Shown here: one piece after another, positions 18,886-37,805 of the stretch
Numbering within the stretch: the stretch's first letter is position 1
How the letters are laid out: each line of letters opens with the position of its first letter
From: Escherichia coli
GTDB taxonomy: Bacteria; Pseudomonadota; Gammaproteobacteria; Enterobacterales; Enterobacteriaceae
Reading direction: 5' to 3' (one strand)
Assembly (NCBI RefSeq): GCF_013122565.1
Contig: NZ_CP053258.1
DNA: 64,000 nucleotides
The notes under the pieces: generated by a model
What the model was told of the DNA's origin: nothing
Databases searched by the model: none
What the model saw: only the letters and a program-made list of their open reading frames with translations
Position numbers and translations under genes: made by a program

Positions 18886-19836
18886 GTGAATTTCCAACAA
18901 CTAAAGATAATCCGCGAGGCTGCACGTCAGGATTACAACCTGACAGAGGTTGCGAATATGCTTTTTACCTCACAGTCAGGCGTCAGCCGTCATATTCGAG
19001 AACTGGAGGATGAACTTGGCATCGAAATATTTGTTCGACGAGGTAAGCGACTGCTGGGCATGACTGAACCGGGCAAAGCATTACTGGTCATTGCAGAACG
19101 TATTCTGAATGAAGCCAGTAATGTTCGTCGGCTTGCAGACCTGTTTACCAACGATACGTCTGGCGTTCTCACTATTGCAACGACGCATACTCAGGCACGT
19201 TATAGCCTGCCAGAGGTTATTAAAGCTTTTCGCGAACTTTTCCCGGAGGTTCGGCTCGAGCTAATCCAGGGGACGCCACAGGAAATTGCGACGTTGTTGC
19301 AAAATGGTGAAGCTGATATTGGTATCGCCAGCGAGCGTTTGAGTAATGACCCGCAGCTCGTCGCCTTCCCGTGGTTTCGTTGGCACCATAGTTTGCTTGT
19401 TCCACTCGATCATCCCTTGACGCAAATTACACCATTGACGCTGGAATCAATAGCGAAGTGGCCATTAATCACTTACCGACAGGGTATTACGGGGCGCTCA
19501 CGCATTGATGACGCATTTGCCCGCAAAGGTTTGCTGGCAGATATTGTATTAAGTGCGCAGGATTCTGATGTCATTAAAACCTATGTTGCTCTTGGGCTGG
19601 GGATCGGATTAGTTGCCGAACAATCCAGCGGTGAACAAGAGGAAAAGAATTTAATCCGCCTGGATACGCGGCATCTTTTCGATGCTAATACTGTCTGGTT
19701 GGGACTCAAGCGAGGACAACTTCAGCGTAACTATGTCTGGCGCTTTCTGGAACTTTGTAATGCAGGACTTTCAGTTGAGGATATCAAGCGGCAGGTGATG
19801 GAAAACAGTGAAGAGGAAATTGATTATCAGATATAG
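18886..19836 (+). CDS. cbl: CysB-like LysR-family regulator of sulfonate-sulfur utilisation
   Basis: 316 aa, MNFQQLKIIREAARQDYNLTEVANMLFTSQSGVSRHIRELEDELG. Confidence 0.95.
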   Translation: MNFQQLKIIREAARQDYNLTEVANMLFTSQSGVSRHIRELEDELGIEIFVRRGKRLLGMTEPGKALLVIAERILNEASNVRRLADLFTNDTSGVLTIATTHTQARYSLPEVIKAFRELFPEVRLELIQGTPQEIATLLQNGEADIGIASERLSNDPQLVAFPWFRWHHSLLVPLDHPLTQITPLTLESIAKWPLITYRQGITGRSRIDDAFARKGLLADIVLSAQDSDVIKTYVALGLGIGLVAEQSSGEQEEKNLIRLDTRHLFDANTVWLGLKRGQLQRNYVWRFLELCNAGLSVEDIKRQVMENSEEEIDYQI

Positions 19837-19837
19837 C

Positions 19838-19866
19838 AAAAAGCCCGCTATAAAAGCGGGCTTTTC
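19838..19866. terminator. Bidirectional rho-independent terminator between cbl and asnU
   Basis: Hairpin gcccgct-ataaaa-gcgggc followed by ttttc, preceded by aaaa. Confidence 0.6.
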
Positions 19867-19873
19867 AGAAATT

Positions 19874-19949
19874 TGGCTCCTCTGACTGGACTCGAACCAG
19901 TGACATACGGATTAACAGTCCGCCGTTCTACCGACTGAACTACAGAGGA
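19874..19949 (-). tRNA. asnU: tRNA-Asn (GUU)
   Basis: Identical 76-nt tRNA-Asn sequence (reverse complement). Confidence 0.95.
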
Positions 19950-20109
19950 ATCGCTGTTGAGGCACATCTTAACGGCGAAAAATCTTTTGTCAAACCCGAT
20001 TTTTAAATTTCCCAACTGTTTGCCGTTTCTATCAACAGTTTGTTGCATTTGCAGACAATTTGTTGGCGAAAATCTTTGCAGCTTTGCTGATTCTCCCTCA
20101 TTATTTGAA

Positions 20110-21597
20110 ATGTGGTTTCACTTTCTGCAATTAAGGTCGGCTTTGAATATCTCCTCTGCTTTACGCCAGGTTGTTCACGGCACTCGCTGGCACGCTAAAC
20201 GCAAGAGCTACAAAGTGTTGTTCTGGCGCGAGATAACCCCGCTTGCTGTTCCTATCTTCATGGAGAATGCCTGTGTCCTGTTGATGGGGGTTCTGAGCAC
20301 TTTTCTGGTCAGCTGGCTGGGAAAAGATGCGATGGCCGGCGTGGGATTGGCGGACAGCTTCAATATGGTCATTATGGCTTTTTTTGCAGCTATCGATCTT
20401 GGTACTACTGTCGTTGTGGCATTTAGTCTCGGTAAGCGGGATCGACGACGAGCGAGGGTGGCGACGCGGCAGTCATTGGTGATCATGACGTTGTTTGCCG
20501 TACTGTTGGCAACGCTTATTCATCATTTTGGCGAACAAATTATTGATTTCGTCGCGGGTGATGCCACGACAGAAGTTAAAGCACTGGCGTTGACTTATCT
20601 GGAGCTGACGGTACTCAGTTATCCAGCAGCTGCCATCACTCTTATTGGTAGCGGGGCACTTCGTGGTGCAGGGAATACGAAAATACCGCTATTGATTAAC
20701 GGTAGCCTGAATATTCTTAATATTATTATTAGCGGCATATTGATTTACGGCCTTTTCTCCTGGCCGGGACTGGGATTTGTCGGGGCTGGGTTGGGTTTAA
20801 CCATTTCTCGTTATATTGGCGCAGTTGCAATTTTGTGGGTGCTGGCGATTGGTTTTAATCCTGCGCTAAGGATTTCGTTAAAGAGCTATTTTAAACCGCT
20901 GAATTTTAGCATTATCTGGGAAGTCATGGGGATTGGTATTCCAGCAAGTGTCGAATCAGTATTATTTACCAGTGGTCGGTTATTAACCCAAATGTTCGTT
21001 GCCGGGATGGGAACCAGTGTTATTGCCGGAAATTTTATCGCGTTTTCAATTGCGGCTCTTATCAACTTACCCGGAAGTGCGCTCGGCTCTGCTTCTACGA
21101 TCATTACAGGCCGAAGGTTGGGAGTAGGGCAGATAGCTCAAGCAGAGATTCAGTTGCGGCATGTGTTCTGGCTGTCTACTCTTGGATTAACGGCCATCGC
21201 CTGGCTAACGGCTCCCTTTGCCGGGGTTATGGCATCGTTTTACACCCAGGATCCACAGGTTAAACATGTCGTTGTGATTCTGATTTGGCTAAATGCTTTA
21301 TTTATGCCTATTTGGTCCGCCTCATGGGTGCTACCCGCTGGATTTAAAGGTGCTCGTGATGCCCGTTACGCCATGTGGGTTTCGATGTTGAGCATGTGGG
21401 GTTGTCGGGTTGTAGTCGGTTATGTGCTGGGCATCATGCTTGGCTGGGGTGTGGTTGGTGTCTGGATGGGAATGTTTGCCGACTGGGCTGTGCGGGCCGT
21501 GCTGTTTTACTGGCGAATGGTTACTGGACGTTGGCTATGGAAATACCCTCGATCCGAGCCGCAAAAGTGTGAAAAAAAGCCAGTTGTGTCGGAATAA
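20110..21597 (+). CDS. yeeO: MATE-family efflux transporter
   Basis: Polytopic membrane protein; start trimmed to MWFHFLQ (495 aa) from the 546-aa track ORF, which begins just after the asnU tRNA. Confidence 0.85.
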   Translation: MWFHFLQLRSALNISSALRQVVHGTRWHAKRKSYKVLFWREITPLAVPIFMENACVLLMGVLSTFLVSWLGKDAMAGVGLADSFNMVIMAFFAAIDLGTTVVVAFSLGKRDRRRARVATRQSLVIMTLFAVLLATLIHHFGEQIIDFVAGDATTEVKALALTYLELTVLSYPAAAITLIGSGALRGAGNTKIPLLINGSLNILNIIISGILIYGLFSWPGLGFVGAGLGLTISRYIGAVAILWVLAIGFNPALRISLKSYFKPLNFSIIWEVMGIGIPASVESVLFTSGRLLTQMFVAGMGTSVIAGNFIAFSIAALINLPGSALGSASTIITGRRLGVGQIAQAEIQLRHVFWLSTLGLTAIAWLTAPFAGVMASFYTQDPQVKHVVVILIWLNALFMPIWSASWVLPAGFKGARDARYAMWVSMLSMWGCRVVVGYVLGIMLGWGVVGVWMGMFADWAVRAVLFYWRMVTGRWLWKYPRSEPQKCEKKPVVSE

Positions 21598-21697
21598 ACG
21601 ACAAAATGCAGATTATTTCAGCAAACGATTTCAAATTTAAAAAACAGGCTTTGACATTGTGGGTGGGCATCGCTAATATTCGCCTCGTTCTCACGAT

Positions 21698-21773
21698 TCC
21701 TCTGTAGTTCAGTCGGTAGAACGGCGGACTGTTAATCCGTATGTCACTGGTTCGAGTCCAGTCAGAGGAGCCA
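21698..21773 (+). tRNA. asnW: tRNA-Asn (GUU)
   Basis: TCCTCTGTAGTTCAGTCGGTAGAACGGCGGACTGTTAATCCG...GAGCCA read directly on the plus strand. Confidence 0.95.
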
Positions 21774-21834
21774 AATTTTAGTTTTGAGACATCTCTATGA
21801 GTCTCAAGGCAGTTAAAAAATAAAAATTATTTTT

Positions 21835-21871
21835 ACCCGGTTAGCTTGTAAAAAAGTGACCGGGTTTTTTG
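21835..21871 (+). terminator. Rho-independent terminator downstream of asnW
   Basis: cccggt...gtgaccggg hairpin followed by tttttt. Confidence 0.55.
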
Positions 21872-22223
21872 ATTTCTGTGTTTCGTGCGCTTAATCGAGT
21901 CTCATGTTTCATTGAGCAAATTGCCCCCAACAGACATCACGATTCGCAAGTTCAAAAACTTCGTTCCGTGAAGTACCGTACAAAGATAAAGAAAAAATAC
22001 CTTACGCGGGATGTCGCTGTCGCGTCTTTATCGGGAAACTATACGTAATTGCCACTTTGTCTTCGGTAATCAGAAAAAGAAGACCTGCCATATTAATAAA
22101 TATTATTTCTCTGGGGACGGAGATTTTTTATAAGCAATATGACGAGTTAAACATTATATTTTTTATAAGGATTATATGAGATTAAAGAAATCTGCCATAA
22201 AAACAGATTTCTTTAAAATATAA

Positions 22224-22940
22224 TTAGAGATTTGCGACGTTATGATAAACTTTTTGTACATCGTCGTCATCTTCAAGGGCATCAACAAGCCCTTCAAAGA
22301 TTTCTAAATCTTCTGGGGAAAGCTCAACTTCTGATTGAGCAATCATTTCTAATTCTGTTGTTGAGAACTCAGTGATTCCAGCTGCTTTTAGAGCCGCGAT
22401 TCCTTTATGAAGGTCAGTAGGTTCAGTATAAATAACAATGTTACCTTCTTCTTCAGTCACATCACGAACATCAACTTCAGCTTCAAGTAAAATTTCAAAA
22501 ATATGGTCAGGGTCTGTTCCTTTAAATACAATCACACCCGTATTGTCAAACATATAGCTGACAGAACCTGCCGCTCCGATATTGCCGCCTTTTTTATTGA
22601 AAATTGTGCGAACGTTAGCAATCGTACGGTTAACATTTGAAGTCAATGTCTCGGCGATAATCATTGAGCCATTAGGACCAAAGCCTTCATAACGGCCCTG
22701 CACGAACGTTTCATCTCCGCCGCCTTTGGCTTTATCAATTGCTTTATCAATAACGTGTTTTGGAACTTGTGCCTGCTTTGCACGTTCAATAACGAATTTT
22801 AAAGATGTGTTTAATTCTGGATCGGGTTCACCTTGTTTAGCAGCAGCATAGATTTCTACACCGAATTTTGCATAAATTTTAGACGTTGCACCGTCTTTAG
22901 CCGTTTTTTTAGCAACAATATTGGCCCATTTACGTCCCAC
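22224..22940 (-). CDS. yeeN: YebC/PmpR-family probable transcriptional regulator
   Basis: 238 aa, [42 protein letters not shown]. Confidence 0.9.
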
Positions 22941-23282
22941 TGGAATGATCTCCTCGAAAATTTATTTACATTACTGGTAAATCGTTAACATGTGTTAATT
23001 CGGCATATTATATCATAACAGGAAAAATCTCGTCTATTAGAAATAAAAATATTCTAAAGTCATAATCTTATATTTAATTTTATAAAAACTTATAATGTTG
23101 GTGGGGTTTTTTATAATTGTGTTTTGAAAGCATACTTGCTTTTAATATGTGGAAATCATTAAGACGATAATAAAACTCGTATCCGCCCAAGGAAGCAAAC
23201 AGCCCGCGTTTATTGCGGGCTATTTGCCAGATGTCTTACTTAATCCTTCACATCTATTTTTGATAAGAAGGTTCAGAACTTA

Positions 23283-24737
23283 TTATCGGAACGGCGGCTC
23301 ATTAAAGGTTCGTAATTTACGTGAATGCAGTCGGTCGCCTTCTGCGCGCAGCAAATCGATTGCCCGAATGCCAATTTGCAGGTGTTCGGAAATAGCGCCT
23401 TCATAAAAACGGTTAGCCTGGCCGGGAAGTTTAATCTCGCCATGCAACGGTTTATCTGAAACACACAGTAGTGTCCCGTATGGCACGCGGAAACGATATC
23501 CTTGCGCGGCAATGGTTGCACTTTCCATATCAATTGCCACGGCCCGGCTTAAGTTAAAACGAAGTGCAGAAGCTGAGTAACGTAATTCCCAGTTCCTGTC
23601 ATCTGTGGTTACCACAGTGCCAGTACGTAGCCGCTGTTTGACTTCCTCACCGGGTCTGCCGCTCACCAGCTTGGTGGCGTCATAAAGCGCACGTTGCACT
23701 TCAGCAATGCTCGGAATAGGAATATCGGGCGGCAGAACCGCATCAAGAACGTGGTCATCGCGTAAATAAGCGTGTGCAAGTACATAATCGCCAATGGCCT
23801 GACTTTCACGTAATCCGCCACAGTGACCAATCATCAACCAGACATCCGGGCGTAGCACTGCCAGATGATCGCAGATGGTTTTAGCATTTGACGGTCCCAC
23901 GCCAATATTCACCAGAGTAATACCCTGACCATCGGCGGTAATTAAATGCCATGCTGGCATCTGGTGTTTTTTCCATGCAAGGTCGGAAATGGCTTCTTCT
24001 GGCGCTTCGGTTTCGGCGGTGATCCAGTTCCCGCCAGCACAAGAAAGGGCAATGTAGGGACTATCAGGATCGAGGATCTGGCTGCATCCCCAACGAACGA
24101 ATTCATCCACATAACGTGTATAGTTGGTAAACAAGACGAACGGCTGAAAATGTTCAACTGGCGTACCGGTATAATGGCGCAACCGTGCGAGGGAAAAATC
24201 GACGCGGCGCGCATCAAAATGCGATAGCGGGGAGAATTCAGTTGGATGATAAATGCCGTCTGCAGTTTCATCGCCAATTTGCGCCAGTTCTGTTGTCGGG
24301 AAATAGCGAGTTAACCCAGCGCTCATTGAGCGATCAAGTGTCAATTCAGAGCCATCGATGACATAAGGATAAGGGATTTCATGCTGCGAGGGTTGCACAG
24401 AGATATGCGCACCATAATCCTGATACAGCAACGTAAGTTGTTCATTAAGATACGAACGAAAGAGAGTAGGGCGAGTAATCGTGGTGGTGTAGCTGCCTGC
24501 GTGAGTAAAACGACCAAATGCGCGCGTTTTGGGGGGATTTGTTGTGCCACCGTCCCAGGTTACGGTCAGTGATGGATAGACAAAAAGACCTTGTTTGCGG
24601 GCGTTTTCATCAGGTAATTCGCCACTTGTAATATAGTTGCCAATGGCGTTGCGTAATGCGACTACAGATTGCTCATACAGCGCGTCGAGTTTATCCAGTG
24701 CCTGAGCTGGGGTCAGACCGGAGCCCTTATTATTCAT
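23283..24737 (-). CDS. amn: AMP nucleosidase
   Basis: Start trimmed to MNNKGSGLTPAQALDKLDALYEQ (484 aa); the track ORF extends 52 codons further upstream. Confidence 0.9.
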   Translation of the reverse strand: MNNKGSGLTPAQALDKLDALYEQSVVALRNAIGNYITSGELPDENARKQGLFVYPSLTVTWDGGTTNPPKTRAFGRFTHAGSYTTTITRPTLFRSYLNEQLTLLYQDYGAHISVQPSQHEIPYPYVIDGSELTLDRSMSAGLTRYFPTTELAQIGDETADGIYHPTEFSPLSHFDARRVDFSLARLRHYTGTPVEHFQPFVLFTNYTRYVDEFVRWGCSQILDPDSPYIALSCAGGNWITAETEAPEEAISDLAWKKHQMPAWHLITADGQGITLVNIGVGPSNAKTICDHLAVLRPDVWLMIGHCGGLRESQAIGDYVLAHAYLRDDHVLDAVLPPDIPIPSIAEVQRALYDATKLVSGRPGEEVKQRLRTGTVVTTDDRNWELRYSASALRFNLSRAVAIDMESATIAAQGYRFRVPYGTLLCVSDKPLHGEIKLPGQANRFYEGAISEHLQIGIRAIDLLRAEGDRLHSRKLRTFNEPPFR

Positions 24738-24838
24738 GTGTGTCTCCTGTTCCATACAATTACCGCACATCCGATAGTATGTCACAGGAATGTGAAACAA
24801 AAGTGTAAGGCGAAGATCGGATGATCTTCGCCAGGCTA

Positions 24839-26155
24839 TCAAGCGCGTTGATTGTCTTTCATCAACAAAGCGGTTATTGCGGAAATCAGGCATCCAGCCA
24901 GCAAATAAATGGCGACGCTATGCCAGTTCCCGGCAAAGTAAGTGATGAGTGCAGCGGCAATAAAAGGTGTAAATCCACCACCAACCACACTGGCAACCTG
25001 ATAACCGACTCCAGCGCCACTATAGCGATAACTGGCACCAAACATTTCGGTAAACATCGGTTGTTGCACACACACCACCATGTCATGCGCAATGTTTGCC
25101 AGCATTATGGAGAAGAAAACTATCCAGAAAATAGATTGTGCTTCAAGCGCCATAAAGAAAGGAAATGCGCTCAACGTTCCGATTAACGCACCTGTGATAT
25201 AAACCCTGCGGCGACCAAAACGATCGGCAAGCCAGGCAAAACAGGGAATTGTCAGGCAGCTTAATCCACCTACCAGCAAACCAATATTAAGGAAAAGTTC
25301 GCGCGGTAACCCCATATTCTGGGTTGAATAATTAAGTGCAAAGGCGGTAACGATGTACATCGTCAGCAACTCGCACAGCCGTAGCGCAATAATCTTCAGG
25401 AAAGCACCGGGATGTCGTAACAGAGCTTCGATAACCGGGATGCGTTTTTTCGCGGCCGCTTGATTATGTTGCTGTTGTTCAAATTCCGCAGACTCCTCCA
25501 TGCCATTGCGCACCCACAATGCTCCCAGTACCAGTACGATGCTAAACAGGAAAGGAATGCGCCAGCCCCAGCTTAAAAACTGTTCGTCAGTCGTCATCAT
25601 ACTGATCAATGAAACCAGTCCGGTTGAAAGCAGTAAACCTACACCGTAGCCAACTTGTACACCGCTACTGTAAAAGGCTTTTTTATTTTTCGGTGCACTT
25701 TCAACGGAAAGCAACGCCGCGCCTCCCCATTCGCCGCCGACGGCAAATCCCTGAATGGCACGCAGCGTCACCAGTAAAATAGGTGCCCACCACCCAATGG
25801 TCGAGAATGAAGGAAGAATACCAATCAAGGCTGTCGCGATGCCCATCATCCAGACGGTCAGCATTAACATGCGCTTACGTCCCAGTCGGTCGCCAAAGTG
25901 ACCGAAAATGACACCGCCGAGCGGACGGAAAAGGAATCCGACGCCAAAGGTGGCAAATGCGGCGAGCGTTCCCATCGCCGGGCTTACTTGCGGGAAAAAC
26001 TCGCGATTAAACACCAGTGCGGCGGTGATGCCATAGAGTAAAAAATCATACCAGTCGACGACGGCACCAGCGAAACTGCCTAACGCAGCTCGTCGGGCGC
26101 GACTTAACGAAAGCGTCCCTTCATCGGGACGAGTGGAGATGAGCGTGGAGTCCAT
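24839..26155 (-). CDS. shiA: Shikimate/dehydroshikimate MFS transporter
   Basis: 438 aa, MDSTLISTRPDEGTLSLSRARRAALGSFAGAVVDWYDF; 12-TM MFS layout. Confidence 0.9.
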   Translation of the reverse strand: MDSTLISTRPDEGTLSLSRARRAALGSFAGAVVDWYDFLLYGITAALVFNREFFPQVSPAMGTLAAFATFGVGFLFRPLGGVIFGHFGDRLGRKRMLMLTVWMMGIATALIGILPSFSTIGWWAPILLVTLRAIQGFAVGGEWGGAALLSVESAPKNKKAFYSSGVQVGYGVGLLLSTGLVSLISMMTTDEQFLSWGWRIPFLFSIVLVLGALWVRNGMEESAEFEQQQHNQAAAKKRIPVIEALLRHPGAFLKIIALRLCELLTMYIVTAFALNYSTQNMGLPRELFLNIGLLVGGLSCLTIPCFAWLADRFGRRRVYITGALIGTLSAFPFFMALEAQSIFWIVFFSIMLANIAHDMVVCVQQPMFTEMFGASYRYSGAGVGYQVASVVGGGFTPFIAAALITYFAGNWHSVAIYLLAGCLISAITALLMKDNQRA

Positions 26156-26469
26156 AATGATCCTGTTTGTACTGTCTTTTTATAATTAGTATGGAAAAGG
26201 TAACTCACATTGCCGTCGATCTATAAACGAACCTTATGAGACTACCTCGACAGAGCGCATCTGCAAATGATTTTATGGCTGATTAGCGGCAACATGAAAA
26301 ATTCGCTGGAAGATGAAAGCGCGGGAGTTGCTGGTGTTGTTTAAGGATTAAGCAGAGGACCCACAGGTTCGAGATATGAAACATAAAAGTCCGCATATGC
26401 ACAAAATGGCACCCTGATGAGTCTGATAGACTGCATTGCATTATAACCAGTAGGGAGGCGAGGTTAGGT

Positions 26470-27522
26470 ATGTTTTTAGCATCATTGTTGAGACGTATTG
26501 CATTTAGTTACTACGATTATAAAGCTTATAATTTCAATATTGAAAAAACAGATTTTGTTGTCATCCATATTCCCGATCAGATTGGCGATGCTATGGCCAT
26601 CTTTCCTGTTATTCGGACGCTTGAGTTGCATAAAATTAAGCATCTACTAATTGTTACGTCGACAATTAATTTAGAAGTCTTTAATGCGCTCAAACTTGAA
26701 CAGACTAAATTAACATTAGTCACAATGACTATGCAGGATCACGCAACATTAAAAGAAATAAAAGATTTAGCGAAGAACATAACACAGCAATACGGTACGC
26801 CGGATCTTTGTATAGAGGCGATGCGTAAAAAGAACCTGAAAACGATGTTATTTATCAGTCAGTTGAAAGCAAAAACGAATTTTCAGGTTGTTGGTTTAAC
26901 CATGAATTGCTACTCCCCTTTGTGCAAGAACGCGTCCCGTATGGATCAGAAACTCCGGGCTCCCGTACCCATGACATGGGCATTTATGATGCGTGAGGCG
27001 GGTTTTCCAGCAGTCAGGCCAATATATGAATTGCCACTAAGTGAGGATGTACTCGATGAGGTGCGCGAGGAAATGCGATCGTTAGGATCTTACATTGCGT
27101 TCAATTTAGAAGGTAGCTCGCAGGAACGTACATTTTCATTATCGATTGCAGAAAATCTAATAGAAAAAATTCAAAGTGAAACAGATATACCAATAGTGAT
27201 CGTTCATGGACCAAAAGGGGAAGGTAAAGCCAGGGAACTAGTGAATAGTTATAATAATGTCTACCGTTTATCCTTGTCACCATCGATTAAACGTTCAGCA
27301 GCAATCATAAAAGATGCTTATATCGCAATAACTCCTGACACTTCAATATTACATATGGCAAGTGCCTATAATACCCCCGTTGTTGCAATTTATGCTGATT
27401 ACAAAACGCGATGGCCCGCAATGGCCGATGTTTCGGAGTCAGTCGTCGTTGGGCAAAAAATTAACAATATAAGTCTGGATGAATTCGCAAAGGCATTAAA
27501 AAGTGTTTTGGCGAGAATATGA
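26470..27522 (+). CDS. yeeL: Putative glycosyltransferase (heptosyltransferase-like), intact yeeL homologue
   Basis: 350-aa uninterrupted ORF in the yeeL position between shiA and yeeJ; AT-rich; family assignment from memory, weaker than the positional call. Confidence 0.6.
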   Translation: MFLASLLRRIAFSYYDYKAYNFNIEKTDFVVIHIPDQIGDAMAIFPVIRTLELHKIKHLLIVTSTINLEVFNALKLEQTKLTLVTMTMQDHATLKEIKDLAKNITQQYGTPDLCIEAMRKKNLKTMLFISQLKAKTNFQVVGLTMNCYSPLCKNASRMDQKLRAPVPMTWAFMMREAGFPAVRPIYELPLSEDVLDEVREEMRSLGSYIAFNLEGSSQERTFSLSIAENLIEKIQSETDIPIVIVHGPKGEGKARELVNSYNNVYRLSLSPSIKRSAAIIKDAYIAITPDTSILHMASAYNTPVVAIYADYKTRWPAMADVSESVVVGQKINNISLDEFAKALKSVLARI

Positions 27523-27732
27523 AGCAGTACGTATGCAAAGTAATGCCGATCTGTTATGAACGGTGGTGTCATCAATACTCTGAGGCTGGTCAATCATCAC
27601 AGAAAACCAGCCTTTGGATCAAAGCAGTACTCACCGGATACAACCATAGTCACACCGAACGCGAATCTGGCGGTATCGCATTTTTATTTATTCATTTTCT
27701 GTGAGAGAAGGGCTAGTTCTATAGAGGGAATG

Positions 27733-27762
27733 TAAAAAAGAGTGCCCCGAATGGAGCACTCT
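27733..27762 (-). terminator. Rho-independent terminator of yeeJ
   Basis: On the minus strand: hairpin agagtgctccattcggggcactct followed by ttttt, 20 nt past the yeeJ stop. Confidence 0.6.
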
Positions 27763-27783
27763 TTAAGAAATTATAACGGAAAA

Positions 27784-35766
<7,983 letters not shown>

Positions 35767-36079
35767 GCTTACCTTCCCTGAACGAGCTAACATAAATGCG
35801 CCCTTTCTAGCACAGCGAAAAAATGTAAATCCTGATAGCAATATGATTGAAAATTAATAACTTTTCGTTAGGCAGTTTTGGGTGTGAGTTGCAAGAGGGG
35901 AGACTACTGAATTACTCAAGTTTTATAATCGAGGGGAAAATGGTGATGGCGTCCATAGCAAAACGCCCTCAACCATTAAGGTCGAAGGCGCTTAAGATGT
36001 CAAAAACCCGCTATCCGTTAAAAAGCAATGCTCAACTAAGGTCAGTGACATTGCGCTAAAAAAGCGAATTTTTAGAATT

Positions 36080-36155
36080 TGGCTCCTCTGACTGGACTCG
36101 AACCAGTGACATACGGATTAACAGTCCGCCGTTCTACCGACTGAACTACAGAGGA
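36080..36155 (-). tRNA. asnT: tRNA-Asn (GUU)
   Basis: Identical 76-nt tRNA-Asn (reverse complement); upstream flank atcgtgtgaacggggcgcatatta is identical to that of asnV. Confidence 0.95.
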
Positions 36156-36255
36156 ATCGTGTGAACGGGGCGCATATTACTTAGCGGTACCTTGTCTGTC
36201 AACACTAAATTTCATAAGTCATTTCAATTGGTTAATTAATCTGCAAAGTTGTTAA

Positions 36256-37053
36256 TTAATGAACATTCGTCGCCGAAAACGAGTCTGTATCATTAGCGTG
36301 ATGCAGTCTCTGCAAAGGATCTTGTTGATAAAATTGGCAGAAACGTTGCCACAATGAAGGGAAACGAGGAGCAAAAAGTTCTGGGGCGCTAAAGAAATAT
36401 TCAGAAAGTACGGCAAAACATTCAGCAGGATCACTGGCAGCATAAGCATCAATGCTCGCCGCATTCTCGCCAACCAATTCGATTTCTTCCTGAATGTTGT
36501 TCATTGCAGCATGAAGATCGTGTTCCCAGCCAGCAACCTCACGCAACGGAATAAAGGGAACTCCGCTGGCGCGATCGCCGTTACGGGTGTCCAGCTTATG
36601 AGCGACTTCATGAATAATCAGGTTAAAACCAGAAGCATCAAAAGAATCTTGTATATCCAACCAGTTCAAAACGATAGGCCCTTGCTGCCAGCTCTGACCT
36701 GACTGAACAATACGTTGGTTATGCACCAGACCGATATCGTCTTCCCATTCATCATCGACCACAAATGGCGCAGGATAAATTAAGACTTCATGAAAACCAT
36801 CCAGCCATTCCAGTCCTAACTCCAGAACGGGTAGGGAAAATAGAAGTGCTATCCGGCAGCTTCTTAATGAATCCAGTTCAAAGCCCTGTAAAGGAACAAG
36901 CCGCTTTTGCTGTAAAAAACGTTCGGCAAGAGTGACTAATTTGCTTTGTTCCTGTTCCGTCAGACACGTTAAAAGGGGGATCGATAGTGCTTCCTGCCAG
37001 GGAAGGGCAGTTTGATGTGCTGATTCTTGTACTTTCCAGGGCCACTTAATCAT
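36256..37053 (-). CDS. mtfA: Mlc titration factor A (zinc-dependent peptidase-like)
   Basis: Start trimmed to [25 protein letters not shown] zinc-binding motif present. Confidence 0.9.
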   Translation of the reverse strand: MIKWPWKVQESAHQTALPWQEALSIPLLTCLTEQEQSKLVTLAERFLQQKRLVPLQGFELDSLRSCRIALLFSLPVLELGLEWLDGFHEVLIYPAPFVVDDEWEDDIGLVHNQRIVQSGQSWQQGPIVLNWLDIQDSFDASGFNLIIHEVAHKLDTRNGDRASGVPFIPLREVAGWEHDLHAAMNNIQEEIELVGENAASIDAYAASDPAECFAVLSEYFFSAPELFAPRFPSLWQRFCQFYQQDPLQRLHHANDTDSFSATNVH

Positions 37054-37146
37054 CGTTTTGCTCGCAAACTCGTCACTTGAACAAAATTGCACGGACAGGG
37101 ACTGTTAAAATGCCAAATTTCCTGGCATCATGGCAACCATCTGAAC

Positions 37147-37236
37147 GGAGAGATGCCGGAGCGGCTGAACGGACCGGTCTCGAAAACCGGAGTAGGGGCA
37201 ACTCTACCGGGGGTTCAAATCCCCCTCTCTCCGCCA
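37147..37236 (+). tRNA. serU: tRNA-Ser (CGA)
   Basis: GGAGAGATGCCGGAGCGGCTGAACGGACCGGTCTCGAAAACCGG...TTCAAATCCCCCTCTCTCCGCCA read directly; 90 nt with a long variable arm. Confidence 0.9.
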
Positions 37237-37805
37237 CTTTATCAATGACTTATCTCCCGACTTCCCGCCTTGCTTTTCCTAAACAGAACAATCGTAGAAT
37301 ATTCTTGAAGGGTTAGATCGTCACTGTTTTCTGTTCGATACTGTGACATTCAGCACTTGATTCGCTATGGATCTGACAGGAAGGTTTCGAGCGAAAATGT
37401 GCAGTTATTCAGTCGTTTTCTTATCGCTCACCATTCTTCTTTTAGACATTCATCCTATGAAACTGCCGCAAAGTTGGTGGTGGGAACTGAAGTTGCGTAG
37501 AGAAGGGGTCAATAATTGAGCCAAAAAAGGAACGCGGCCGTCAGATTAAAGCCGCGGGACAAAGTCCATAATTTCCAAGAGTTGTTGAATTTCCCAGCTT
37601 TTTTGAAAGCCTTTGTATCATACTAACAAGTAAAAAAGGTTTAAATACCAAAATTAACCTGTATTTTTGATAAGTCTTACCATTGTACGATTTACACAGT
37701 TTCTGCTCCTCCTTGTTGATAGTGGAAAGAGTGCATTATGCACTTGCGTAAACATTTATGATGCGTTGATGTCCAGGGTTCACATTTCCTTGTCAGGGGA
37801 TCGAC

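Noticed and set aside
23942-24277. 111-aa minus-strand and 93-aa plus-strand ORFs inside amn
   Set aside because: Out-of-frame or antisense overlap with AMP nucleosidase; no RBS or recognisable domain
24737-24893. Upstream extensions of the track ORFs for amn (and likewise yeeJ, mtfA, yeeO, fliM, hprR, yodB, yodD, yedS)
   Set aside because: The recognisable protein N-termini start at internal ATG codons with plausible RBS; the extensions read through promoter regions or neighbouring genes
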